From the NCBI GenBank assembly GCA_937935155.1, contig CALGXY010000105.1, positions 3,500 through 67,499 on the forward strand: DNA of 64,000 bases. The letters are read 5' to 3'. This DNA is from an uncultured Atopobium sp. (GTDB lineage Bacteria; Actinomycetota; Coriobacteriia; Coriobacteriales; Atopobiaceae). Below, piece after piece: positions 48,503-57,974 of the stretch. The translations under genes were made by a program, and so were the position numbers. Under the pieces are notes generated by a model. It saw only the letters and a program-made list of their open reading frames with translations, searched no databases and was not told the origin of the DNA. Each line of letters starts with the position of its first letter. Position 1 is the first letter of the stretch.

Positions 48503-50251
48503 ATGGCTGTTATAAAACAAGAACACGCTCTCTACCTGTATAAACTACTCAAAGCAACCATTGGCGTCTCTAAGCAGACTCCCCTCTCTGCCGTTGAGGG
48601 CGTGCTCATTGAAGACGACCTTACACCGCAGGATTTTGGCTTTGACGACATCCGCGCGCTCATGGAGGCGTGCCCCGATTTCATCAAAATCACTGCGTTC
48701 AAAAAAGGCTACGTCTACGCAACGCTTCTGTCCTTTGATACCTTTGAAGCTGCCCTTGCTGCTGGCGAGAAAAACGTCGAGTCGCAAAACAATGGCAAAC
48801 CATGGAAACGCCGACGTGGGGCAAAGTCCATTCGAGCTCTCAAGCCAAAGCACCTGGTAGCTGAGACAGAGCCTGAAACGGAAGAACTTCCTACCCAAGA
48901 AGAACCGACGGAGACAGAAGAGGTGCCTGTCACGGAGAGCTCAGAGGAACTGCCAGCTGCAGAAACAGCACCAATCGTAGAGGAATCTGCTGCTGAGGCG
49001 CCTGTTGTAGCAACGCCTTGTGCTGAGGCGCCTGAAGAAGATCTCCAGCAAGAATCTGCCGATGATGCCGCTCCAGAGCCTGCTGGAACCGATGACGCAT
49101 CTCCAGAACCTGTCGAAACCGAAACGCCAGCTCCAGAGCCTAAAGCTGCCGAGCCTACAGTGCCCGAACCTGTAGTGCCCGAGCCTACAGTGCCTGAGCC
49201 TACCATCTCGCTTACCGTTACCTACAACCCCTACGACGGCTCCGATGAAGAGAAGACACTTGAGGCCGCTCCTTCAGTATTGCAACAGGCACTGAATGCA
49301 ACAAGTTCTGTCTCTAACACTACAGTTTCTGAATCCCAGGCTTCTACGCAGGCAATCAATCAGGATGAAATTCCTGCCCCTACCCCAACATACCCTGCCA
49401 ATTTTGAGGAAGATATCCACGTCAACAATGATCTTCTCGGCATTTTGTATCAGATGGCTCCCGTCGACGCCAACGTCCTCAAGCAGCTAGAAGAAGACTT
49501 CAAACTTGCCGAGGCTTCTCGCGCACTCATTTCTAAGGGTGGCACGTTCACGTTTAACACGCGTTACAAGAAACCGCAGACAGACGAGGTTATTACCGCT
49601 ACCATTCGCAAATCTAAGCGCGGGGCTCTGCGTCCCTGGACGCTTTTGGAGCTCAGCGTTTCCGCAGATGAATTGCATGATCAGACAGTTGACGTGCTTC
49701 GTGGACTGCCAAAGTCTGCCATTGCTTCGTGGGAAAAGCTCCCTGCAGCGGCAAAGCAGCTGCCTGTCAACCCAGTTGACGTGGTTATGAACGAGGCTCC
49801 TGTCTCCGACTGGAACGCGCTTTGCACCACCTATCTGAGCGACGCGCCCTCGTTGCAGGCAGCGCAAGCTTGCCTTTCCGCAGCGTACGTCTACAGAAAG
49901 AACGAGCAGCAGCTCATGCATACTGACGCTGACTTTTCGCTTCCCGTTCCAGGTGCCGCGCCTCTGCTCTTTGATCCCGAGTGCGGATTTGATGACGACT
50001 CGCCTCTGGTGCAAAACGCCCTGCGAGCAGCAAAACATGGATGGCGCATGGCCGTTGAGCTCTACAATCCATCCAGACACTGCGTCTACCTTGCGCTTCC
50101 TACCTCTGATGGCGAGAAACCCCTTGCGCTGGTATTTGATGCATCAGCAGAGGGCCCTTATCACGTTGTTGCAGCGCTAACTATTGAAGAAGCGTATCCA
50201 CTTGCACGTATCTTCTCTGACGGCCTTCCTAGCTGGATTTTGCCACAGTAA
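48503..50251 (+). CDS. Hypothetical protein: OST/LOTUS-like N-domain, acidic Pro/Glu linker, DUF3825-like C-terminus
   Basis: DFGFDDIRALMEACPDFI; EPTVP repeats; LALP..LALV..Y..LT.EEAY..AR....W C-terminal pattern. Domain names are from recall. Confidence 0.6.
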   Translation: MAVIKQEHALYLYKLLKATIGVSKQTPLSAVEGVLIEDDLTPQDFGFDDIRALMEACPDFIKITAFKKGYVYATLLSFDTFEAALAAGEKNVESQNNGKPWKRRRGAKSIRALKPKHLVAETEPETEELPTQEEPTETEEVPVTESSEELPAAETAPIVEESAAEAPVVATPCAEAPEEDLQQESADDAAPEPAGTDDASPEPVETETPAPEPKAAEPTVPEPVVPEPTVPEPTISLTVTYNPYDGSDEEKTLEAAPSVLQQALNATSSVSNTTVSESQASTQAINQDEIPAPTPTYPANFEEDIHVNNDLLGILYQMAPVDANVLKQLEEDFKLAEASRALISKGGTFTFNTRYKKPQTDEVITATIRKSKRGALRPWTLLELSVSADELHDQTVDVLRGLPKSAIASWEKLPAAAKQLPVNPVDVVMNEAPVSDWNALCTTYLSDAPSLQAAQACLSAAYVYRKNEQQLMHTDADFSLPVPGAAPLLFDPECGFDDDSPLVQNALRAAKHGWRMAVELYNPSRHCVYLALPTSDGEKPLALVFDASAEGPYHVVAALTIEEAYPLARIFSDGLPSWILPQ

Positions 50252-50300
50252 TCCCAGGTCGCAGGCAAGCTCTCTTCACAGAGCCGCCAAGTTAAACTGA

Positions 50301-50337
50301 AAGGACTGACCCCAGAGGAGTTCCGGAATCAGTCCTT
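50301..50337. terminator. Hairpin between convergent ORFs
   Basis: AAGGACTGA...TCAGTCCTT stem. Confidence 0.5.
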
Positions 50338-50343
50338 AGTGGC

Positions 50344-50611
50344 CTAGGTCTTTATTAAATTCGTCCAAGTTTTGGGACGCAGTTCATTTTTCTTAACCGC
50401 TTCTGCTGCGATTTCTTGCTTGCTCTGTATGGGGCCTGACGATTTTACAGCGGGATGAGGCAGGGTGGCTTGCTCCTGTGAGAGCCGACGCGTAACTTTA
50501 TCTCCAACGTCCAGCGTCTCGCCTGTCAGCAAATCGTGATCAAGCGAGTCCATTGCTTTTTTGCACGTCGGTGTTGTTCTGTGTATCGGCATCGTCTTCA
50601 CGGAAGTTCAA
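50344..50611 (-). pseudogene. Small hypothetical ORF, probably frameshifted at an A6 run
   Basis: AAGGAG then TTG AAC TTC (MNFREDDADT..VQK); removing one base of the run at 50557-50562 joins it to AMDSLDHDLL..LIKT. Confidence 0.4.
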
Positions 50612-50727
50612 CTCATGTCTCCTTTGTCCGCCACCGGACCGTCTTTCATACATACTATTTTCACACACATAGCGCTATAGAAATATTACAACACCTACAA
50701 AGATGGCAAGTTCATACTGTATTTTTT

Positions 50728-50785
50728 CATACTGTGTATTGCATAGTATGCCTGAGTAATATATACTATGTATCACATAGTATAT
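50728..50785. promoter_or_regulatory. Tandem palindromic operators upstream of padR
   Basis: ATATACTATGT-ATC-ACATAGTATAT (50761-50785, perfect) and CATACTGTGT-ATT-GCATAGTATG (50728-50750). Confidence 0.8.
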
Positions 50786-50800
50786 TGAAGGAGACGTATT

Positions 50801-51115
50801 GTGGATGCACAGCTGAAGCGTGGATTTCTTGATATCTGCGTCCTCGCAGCCATAGCCCGCAAAGATTCCTACGGGTATCAAATCATCCGGGATGCCCCTG
50901 CATCGCTTGAGCTCTCCGAGTCAACGCTCTATCCCATTTTGAAACGTCTTGCTAAGCAACATTTCCTTTCCGAATACACACGTGAGCACAACGGTCGTCT
51001 CCGCAAATATTATTTGATTACTGACGCGGGACACTTAGAGCTCTCACGATTTATCGCTGATGAGGCCTCCATTACAGACATTCTCTCCTACATTAAAGAA
51101 GGAGCATCGTCATGA
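50801..51115 (+). CDS. PadR family transcriptional regulator
   Basis: QLKRGFLDICVL, SYGYQI, ESTLYPILKRL, RKYYLIT. Confidence 0.95.
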   Translation: MDAQLKRGFLDICVLAAIARKDSYGYQIIRDAPASLELSESTLYPILKRLAKQHFLSEYTREHNGRLRKYYLITDAGHLELSRFIADEASITDILSYIKEGASS

Positions 51116-51942
51116 AAAAGGATGAGTTTCTTGCCGAACTTCGCGCAAACCTTAAGAAAAAGCATGTTCCCAAAAACAGCATTGATGATGCTCTTGCCTA
51201 TTACGACGAGGCAATACACGACCGTATGGAAGACGGTATGTCCGAGGAAAAAGCCGTAGCAGCCATGGGAAGCATTGATGATGCGGTTCAATCAGCACTG
51301 GAGAGTATGCCTGCGTTTCTACGCGCAACTCAGCGTATCCGCTCTGATTCGGTACTTATGTCCATAACTATCGTACTTCTCGTCATAGGCGCTATTGTCT
51401 GGATACCCCTTACGTTTGTCCTCGCACTTACGGCATTGAGCATTTATTTTGTAATTTGGGCACTTGTTATTTCATTATGCTTTGCAGTTGCCTGTGGTCT
51501 TTTCTGCGGAGTAATGAGCATCCCGGCACTTGTAGTGGGATTTCTGCACGACATGTTCCTTTCCGGCGCGCTTTCTGCCGGTGTGTTTCTGCTCATAGGA
51601 GGTGTTTCCATACTGGTAATACCGATAGTAGCTCGCATAATGCATTCTCTCGTGCAAAGCGCACGAGACTATGCAAAGTGGATTGCTCATTTCTTTGCAC
51701 AAGTTCCTGCCGAGAAGACCACAGCCTCCACGGAGCGAACAAATACAACGTCATGGTCAGAAGGACATTCGAAAAGACTGCTCTCGCTGTTCGGTGGTAT
51801 TTTTATCGCAATTGGCCTTGTATTGATTCTTGTTGCGTATGTGGGGTCAGGATGCAACCTTGCAGGTTTACCTGAGCTTCCTGCACTACAGATTTCTTCT
51901 TGCTCGCTTTATATGAGTCCGCATACTATTGCGTTTATGTAA
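51112..51942 (+). CDS. DUF1700/HAAS-domain membrane protein
   Basis: MKKDEFLAEL, YYDEAIHDRMEDGMSEEKAVAAMGS followed by TM helices; coupled to padR. Confidence 0.88.
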   Translation: MKKDEFLAELRANLKKKHVPKNSIDDALAYYDEAIHDRMEDGMSEEKAVAAMGSIDDAVQSALESMPAFLRATQRIRSDSVLMSITIVLLVIGAIVWIPLTFVLALTALSIYFVIWALVISLCFAVACGLFCGVMSIPALVVGFLHDMFLSGALSAGVFLLIGGVSILVIPIVARIMHSLVQSARDYAKWIAHFFAQVPAEKTTASTERTNTTSWSEGHSKRLLSLFGGIFIAIGLVLILVAYVGSGCNLAGLPELPALQISSCSLYMSPHTIAFM

Positions 51943-52009
51943 CTCAATTGACGCAACCCACACAGATACCCGCAGGTATCCGGATCCTACGTTACGTATC
52001 CGAAACTGA

Positions 52010-52225
52010 TGGAGAATCCTCCAACGGCCCTTCTCTTACAAGATATCCGCTGTCATCAAACACGCAAGCTTGACTGGCAATTGGCATTATTTTTCCATAC
52101 GGAATTTATGTATTAAAATTCGTCCCTACATAACAACCACCAAGGGTAAGTTCTGTATAGTCGATGTCTTTCAGGTATGGCTTTCCCGCATCTCCTTCCT
52201 GACGGGCAGTATTGATGGCCTCCTT
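52010..52225 (-). pseudogene. Deleted, degraded paralog of the 52296-52937 gene
   Basis: Encodes EAINTARQEGDAGKPYLKDIDYTELTLGGCYVG, an in-frame stop, then VFDDSGYLV.EGP matching the neighbour's C-terminus. Confidence 0.85.
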
Positions 52226-52295
52226 CTTTTTTCGGCGAGTTCAGTTACATTTCCGGAATGATCGTAAACAACATATAGAACTGTTGCGGGATCAC

Positions 52296-52937
52296 TTAAT
52301 TTTCGGTTTCTGAATCCAGTGCCGGACCTATCGCTTTTATGAGATATCCATTCTCATCGAACTCATAATAGTAGTCATCAACTATTGCTAGCCCATGTGA
52401 AAAAAGGTAGCCGTTGATTTGTCGGTACGCTTTGTGTCCATCAACCGTTACCCAACCGAAGGGAAGTTTCCATTCAAAAGGTCCAAGTTCTACAGAGCCG
52501 TCTCTTACTTCCTTGTAGTCGTCAAGAGAAATTTCCTCCAAATCCACGAGTTTGAAGGACTCGTAATTGCCGGCAAGAGCGGAGAACCTTAAAGTTCCGA
52601 GCTCTTGCATGACATATCCCACAGGTTTATCTCTATATCGAATCTCCCAAATAAGGTTGTTCCGGGTTTCTGGTTTTACTCCTATATAGCAACTGCCAAG
52701 CGTGAGCTTCATATAGTCGATGTCTTTGAGGTAAGGCTTTCCGCCGTCTCCTTCTTGCCTGGCGGTATTGATAGCTTCTTGTGTGGCCCGCTCTACCGCT
52801 TTTTGCTGAAGTGAGTCAATTGCCCATGGGTAGGGCGTAGCAAATGCATTCCACAAGAGGAAGACAGTGGCCATAAGAAACAGAACTATAGAGATAATCT
52901 TTAGAGGCAGCCATTTATGTTTCTTGTTCATAGTCAT
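52296..52937 (-). CDS. Hypothetical membrane-anchored protein with C-terminal cell-wall-binding-like repeat
   Basis: N-terminal TM; GWVTVDGHKAY...YYYEFDENGYL. Confidence 0.75.
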   Translation of the reverse strand: MTMNKKHKWLPLKIISIVLFLMATVFLLWNAFATPYPWAIDSLQQKAVERATQEAINTARQEGDGGKPYLKDIDYMKLTLGSCYIGVKPETRNNLIWEIRYRDKPVGYVMQELGTLRFSALAGNYESFKLVDLEEISLDDYKEVRDGSVELGPFEWKLPFGWVTVDGHKAYRQINGYLFSHGLAIVDDYYYEFDENGYLIKAIGPALDSETEN

Positions 52938-53300
52938 CACGCAGCCTCAACTAGTGGCTTATATGCTTTAGGAACAATGTTTCCTGGTAGTGCTTTATGC
53001 GCTTCACCCCTTGCATTAAATTCGTAGGTAACACCACCAATGCGAGCTTTTTGCGCGTAAATCATAGAGCCGGTAGGACCTCCTGAAACAGGCTGATTAT
53101 TGTCATAGCGTAGATAGTAGCTGCTGCCTCCGTAAGAGAGCCAGCCAGTACGCATTGAACCATCTTGGTTAAGGTAGAAGGTATGACCGGAACTATTAAG
53201 CCATCCTGTTTGCATTATTCCGCTTGAGCTTAAGTAATACCAAGAGCCTCCCCGCTCCAGCCAACCGGTAGCCATTGATCCATCGGAGTTAAAGAAATAC
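52937..53300 (-). pseudogene. C-terminal fragment of a cell-wall/choline-binding-repeat protein
   Basis: Three YxxxxxGxMxTGWL repeats beginning abruptly; no plausible N-terminus or signal peptide. Confidence 0.75.
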
Positions 53301-53348
53301 GGCAGTGGGCACGCCGGGTTTCTCGCCAGGCGCGTCAAAGCACCCAGC

Positions 53349-55478
53349 TTAGTCATGCCATGGTTCAACAGGCCATTCGTTGCCCGTGAGGCTCCAATTC
53401 TTCATGTCATTGGCGTCGCCGTTAATGACAAACTCCCTGACAAAGATGTCTTGCTTGCCGTTTGAAATGGTCTCGATATAGTAACGAGGACGAGTCTCGC
53501 CCTCATAGGACTCGTCAAGCGGTGTGGTGTAGTTAGAAAGCGTCTGCTGGTCAACGCCCATGTCCTTCAGCGTCTGCGCCAAAATGTCGTAGTGCCAGAC
53601 AGGCGCGTCAGAAATCTGCATAGGCTGAGCCGCCTCTTCAGCGGTCTGACCAGCTGGTTTATACATAATGACTGGAGCAGAAGGTGTCTGAATATCGCTG
53701 CCCGTCAAGTACCAGTCACCATGATCTGCGGTAATGATGAAAGACGTGTTTTCATACACACCAAGACGCTTAAGCTCAGCGATATACTGCGCAACAATCC
53801 TATACGCGCCAATAGTCTGCTCATCAACGTTTTGCTTGCTTGGATCTTCAGTGCGCTCAACGTTGCGATCAAGCGTGTAAGGTGGATGCGAGCCAAACAG
53901 ATGAATAAAACGGAATGAACCGTTCTGACCAGCGCTGTCGTCAATCGAGAGTCCGTAGTGTTGAAGCTCCTGGTAATACTTGAGATCATCCTCGGTGTAT
54001 GGCTGTGAAGAGAGATCAACTTCGTCCATGTTGACTAACTTGCGCATGCGCATATTAAGATCCTCGGTATAATACCAGAATCGAGGCTTAAACACCCAAG
54101 GCATGTCCCTACAAAATGCCGTCTTATAGAGAATGCGCAGTGCACCTAGCACGTCTAACTGGTTATCTGTACCGCGACCACGAGGCTCGTGGTAGTTGAT
54201 GGAATACTTCTGCGCAGTGTCTCTGTAGTGAGAGTAGTTCAACTGATCCGTATACAAACCTGCTTGATATCCAGCATTCTGAATATCCTTGAGGTACTGA
54301 TCACTTTGTTCCCAGTTGTAGACAAAATCGTTGAAATTCTCGCCAGGCTGAGGACGAGAGCCAAAGAGCAGCGATGGAACACCGTAGCGCGTTGGAATCA
54401 TAGAACCGACGGAATTTCTGTACCAGGTAAAGCCGGTAAGAGACGCAAATGTCTCTGGATGCTCATCGTAGAGTCTCTGAATAAAAGCAGTGTCGGTAGT
54501 ATCAAGGACAAACACCACGACGTTCTTCTTGGAGGAAACGCTGTAGAGGCCCTCGCGCGTTGCGATAACCTGCTGGTTTTCGGCATGAGCATCTATCGAC
54601 GCTGCGATTGCAGGACCCCAGAGACTTGCAACGCCCACTGTCTGGACAACGACAAGAGCGGTTGCGGTTACCAGAAGACCTGTTCTAAGCTGACGTGCTT
54701 TTAGGAGCGAGAAGGTCACTGCAGCTGCAATGATTGCCAGCCAAATGAGGCCAGAGACAATCATTTGAGTTGTAAAATCTGACCAAATAACTGCATGTCC
54801 GTCGGCAAGTGGCATACCACCGTTCAAGAATACTGCCTGGACGTATGACGCCACACCGATGGCTCCTATAAACGCAACGGCAACGTTAAACGCGCGCTTG
54901 CGCAGGAGCGATAGAAATACTGTAAGAATGATCGTAATAATAAGGCCTGCAATAATAACGGGACCTGCAACATCATTGAGGTTGAAAGAAAGGTCTCGCG
55001 CATTGCTTGCTACCAGCTCAAGTGGGGCTACAACCAAGATAGTAAAGACAGTAAAGAAAGAGACAAGAAATGCGACACCAATGCGACCCTTAGGTTTGAG
55101 GGTTCCCTCTTTTTGTTCCTTGAGACGGACGGCCTCTGCTGCAAGGATTTCTTTCATCTGAGTATTTGCAGCTTCTGCACCTTTGGCGTCAATCTTGTGA
55201 ACTTTGCCTTCGACAATCTTATTGGCGTTCTCATCAATCTTAAGCAGACGGAAGAGCACCTTACGAGAACGCCTAAACGCAACGCCAAGGACCGCAGAGA
55301 GCGCAACTACAACTGCTGCCAATGCCTGGATGGTGTAGGTCATAACTGACGGGTCAACGTAAGCCTGAGCTGTTGCTGGTAGAAGTGCCCACCACGCAAA
55401 CGTCAGTACTGCGACAAAAAACGCTCCATGAAGGAAGGACGCGCGGCTTTGAATAGCGGCGCTGCAAGAGTTTCTCAT
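53349..55478 (-). CDS. Membrane-bound sulfatase/alkaline-phosphatase-superfamily (LtaS-like) protein with N-terminal YVDP hydrophobic module
   Basis: AQA|YVDPS signal junction, 5-6 TM, VLDT, IPTRY (Thr nucleophile candidate), HLFGSHPPY, TADHG; start reset to MRNS. Confidence 0.85.
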   Translation of the reverse strand: MRNSCSAAIQSRASFLHGAFFVAVLTFAWWALLPATAQAYVDPSVMTYTIQALAAVVVALSAVLGVAFRRSRKVLFRLLKIDENANKIVEGKVHKIDAKGAEAANTQMKEILAAEAVRLKEQKEGTLKPKGRIGVAFLVSFFTVFTILVVAPLELVASNARDLSFNLNDVAGPVIIAGLIITIILTVFLSLLRKRAFNVAVAFIGAIGVASYVQAVFLNGGMPLADGHAVIWSDFTTQMIVSGLIWLAIIAAAVTFSLLKARQLRTGLLVTATALVVVQTVGVASLWGPAIAASIDAHAENQQVIATREGLYSVSSKKNVVVFVLDTTDTAFIQRLYDEHPETFASLTGFTWYRNSVGSMIPTRYGVPSLLFGSRPQPGENFNDFVYNWEQSDQYLKDIQNAGYQAGLYTDQLNYSHYRDTAQKYSINYHEPRGRGTDNQLDVLGALRILYKTAFCRDMPWVFKPRFWYYTEDLNMRMRKLVNMDEVDLSSQPYTEDDLKYYQELQHYGLSIDDSAGQNGSFRFIHLFGSHPPYTLDRNVERTEDPSKQNVDEQTIGAYRIVAQYIAELKRLGVYENTSFIITADHGDWYLTGSDIQTPSAPVIMYKPAGQTAEEAAQPMQISDAPVWHYDILAQTLKDMGVDQQTLSNYTTPLDESYEGETRPRYYIETISNGKQDIFVREFVINGDANDMKNWSLTGNEWPVEPWHD

Positions 55479-55494
55479 GGTAGAAGTTGTTGTT

Positions 55495-57531
55495 TTAGTC
55501 ACGAGAAACACCGTCCTCATCAGTTGTCTTTGTGGCGTCTTTAGTGGAGCTGACGTCGTCGCTTTTCTCGTCATCGTCTGCAGCGTCCGCAGCAGCGTTC
55601 TTCTTGGTAGTAGCGTTGTCTGCAACCTCAGCGGCAGCCTCTTCCTGGTGCGCCAAAACGCGCTCGAGGATGAACTTACCTGCGGCTTCTCCACCGTGGC
55701 CGAGATTAAAGATCATGTTGTTACGAATCTCTTCAATCTTGTGCGACCAGCTATCGGTTTCCTCCAGCATCTGCGCAACCGCGTCGCCAAGGCCCGAGAG
55801 GTCCTTAGGATCAAAGCTGCGGCCAATCTCATTTCTGAGTGTAATGTCGCATGGATCCGAATGAATCTTGCTCCAGTCAGGGTTGTTCTCCTTCATCGCG
55901 GTGTCAATGAAGACCGACGGCTTGAGCGTGGTAAACGAGAACTCCTCAGCAACACTCGACCAGTCAGTAAACAGCAGGTCAGCCGAGAGAACCGAAGTAT
56001 TGGAGCTGAAGTCGGTCTCAAAGGAGAGCTCCTCTGGGTCCGCGTCAGCGTAGCGAGCAAGAATCTCCTCCATACGGGCAGGATAGCGCTTCAAATACTC
56101 TGGGTGTGGGCGGACCACAATGCGCCAGCCGCGGCCCATGAGCTGCTCAAGCAGGCCGTCAAGGCAGCTGTCCATCAAGTTGTCGTACTGCCACGAAGGA
56201 CCAATCAGCAACAGGGGTTTCTCGCCAGGTTTGCGCTGGCCCAGATTCTGCTTCTGGTAGTTTTTGATTGACCTATCGAGAAGATCGTAGCCAATAGCAG
56301 GCTTTCTCTTGGATGGCGTACCGTAGTACTTCTCGACCAGCTCAAGATCATGCTGCTGATGAGGGCCAACGCAGAGGACGTCGTCGTAGTAGGTGTACTC
56401 GTTGCGCGTTGAGGTAACCGTCATGGAAGTCATGTGGTGGCACATATACATGTACTCAGCGTCTTTGCGCACGTAGGAGCGCTTCATGTAGGAGCTCTCC
56501 AGGTCGCCGAGGGAAGTTACCACAACATCAGCGTCGAGCTTCATGAAAAGCGTGATAAGGCGACGCTGACCCAAGTAATACGGAATCAGGCGAGGCTGCT
56601 GTTTTGCCAGTTCAAAGACCTGGTCGTTAGGGTCAGAGGTGACATAGTGGATACGAATGTCAGAGTTTGCCAGCAGCCACTCGATGGCGCCCTGGAAGTA
56701 CTTGTAGAAGCCGCTTGACTCGGAATAGAAAACCAGGTGCTTGCCGATGGTGTCAAAGAAGCGCTTGTAGTCCTCTTTTTCGCGAGCGGCATGAGGATCG
56801 CGCTGGAACCACTTGTGAGTGGACTTGGTTGCTGCGTCCATTGCCTCAAACTCGTCGCGAGCAGCATTGAGATCGTCGTAATCAACCTGCTTACGAGGGT
56901 CGATGATGATGTTGCAGACAATTTGGACCAGGATTGAGAGAAGGTTTGAGCAAACCCAATAGAATGCCATGCCACAGACAACGTAGACTGCAAGTACCAG
57001 CGACATTGCAATAGAAAGGCCGTTTGTGGTGTTCTTCTCTGCACGAGACTGCTCGCGCTGAAGCGGATTCAGCTTGTTGGAAGCAAGACCAAGAGCAACC
57101 GAGGACAAAGCTGCTGCCAGTGGCATAATCCAGGTGATACCGCCATCGATGATTGGGGTCATGCCCAAAAACTCTGTGCCAGGCGCACCAGAATCGGTGA
57201 TGCCATGGATAACGTCAACTAGGCCGAACAGGATGACTACCTGGATTGCCAGAGGAATAAGACTCAATAGCGGGTGATAGCCTGCCTTTTTGTTGAGCTC
57301 GTTGGAGCGCTCCTCGATGGTCTCCCTGTCGCCGAAGTAGCGAGTCTTTAAGCGGAAGGTCTCGGGCATAAGGCGCACCATAACAATAGAATTTTGTTGT
57401 GTCCAAAGTGCCAGAGGCATCAGGATGATTTTAGTTGCAAGAGTAAAAAGAAAGATTGCCGCCCACCAACTGCCGGTCAAGTCGTATGCGGGCTGAACGA
57501 TAAGTGAAAAAACGTGTGCAAGCTGCTCCAT
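55495..57531 (-). CDS. Fusion: YidC/Oxa1 insertase domain + CDP-glycerol glycerophosphotransferase (TagB/TagF-like) domain
   Basis: WWAAIFLFTLATKIILMPL, GYHPLLSLIPLAIQ, GMAFYWVCSNL; then GPSW, RPHP, TDWSSVAEEF. Confidence 0.85.
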   Translation of the reverse strand: MEQLAHVFSLIVQPAYDLTGSWWAAIFLFTLATKIILMPLALWTQQNSIVMVRLMPETFRLKTRYFGDRETIEERSNELNKKAGYHPLLSLIPLAIQVVILFGLVDVIHGITDSGAPGTEFLGMTPIIDGGITWIMPLAAALSSVALGLASNKLNPLQREQSRAEKNTTNGLSIAMSLVLAVYVVCGMAFYWVCSNLLSILVQIVCNIIIDPRKQVDYDDLNAARDEFEAMDAATKSTHKWFQRDPHAAREKEDYKRFFDTIGKHLVFYSESSGFYKYFQGAIEWLLANSDIRIHYVTSDPNDQVFELAKQQPRLIPYYLGQRRLITLFMKLDADVVVTSLGDLESSYMKRSYVRKDAEYMYMCHHMTSMTVTSTRNEYTYYDDVLCVGPHQQHDLELVEKYYGTPSKRKPAIGYDLLDRSIKNYQKQNLGQRKPGEKPLLLIGPSWQYDNLMDSCLDGLLEQLMGRGWRIVVRPHPEYLKRYPARMEEILARYADADPEELSFETDFSSNTSVLSADLLFTDWSSVAEEFSFTTLKPSVFIDTAMKENNPDWSKIHSDPCDITLRNEIGRSFDPKDLSGLGDAVAQMLEETDSWSHKIEEIRNNMIFNLGHGGEAAGKFILERVLAHQEEAAAEVADNATTKKNAAADAADDDEKSDDVSSTKDATKTTDEDGVSRD

Positions 57532-57974
57532 ATACAAACCTTCTACGAGAAACCTCTACAGAAGCCAATAAAACCTAAACCTAAAACCTGCAAAACCAAT
57601 GGAATTCATGAAAACTAAAAGAAAGCTACGACATCTCAAAGAAGTTTGTAGTATCTAAAGTTAACCTGAAGAAACCATTTGTGCATAACTAATTTATGGT
57701 ATCAAAAAACGCTATTTATCGGCAGTTTAAAGCGAACAATCAAAACGTAAAATCTTTAATTTGAATGGACAAAATTTATTCATAAATTGTTCTTTTTAAA
57801 ATCATTCTATAAAAGTTACGTAGGCAATTGTCTTTCTCGTTAATCAAAATTTAACCCCTGAAATGGCATTTTATTTGATTTTGGGGTTGCAATCGCGGTT
57901 CTGCTGGCTAAAATACTCTCCATGTTATTTTTAATATTCGGCGCATTAGAGCGCTTTTGAAATGAGGAGATTCT

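Noticed and set aside
55479..55694. 72 aa N-terminal extension of the sulfatase ORF
   Set aside because: Overlaps the yidC-fusion 3' end; MRNS at 55478 gives a proper signal peptide.
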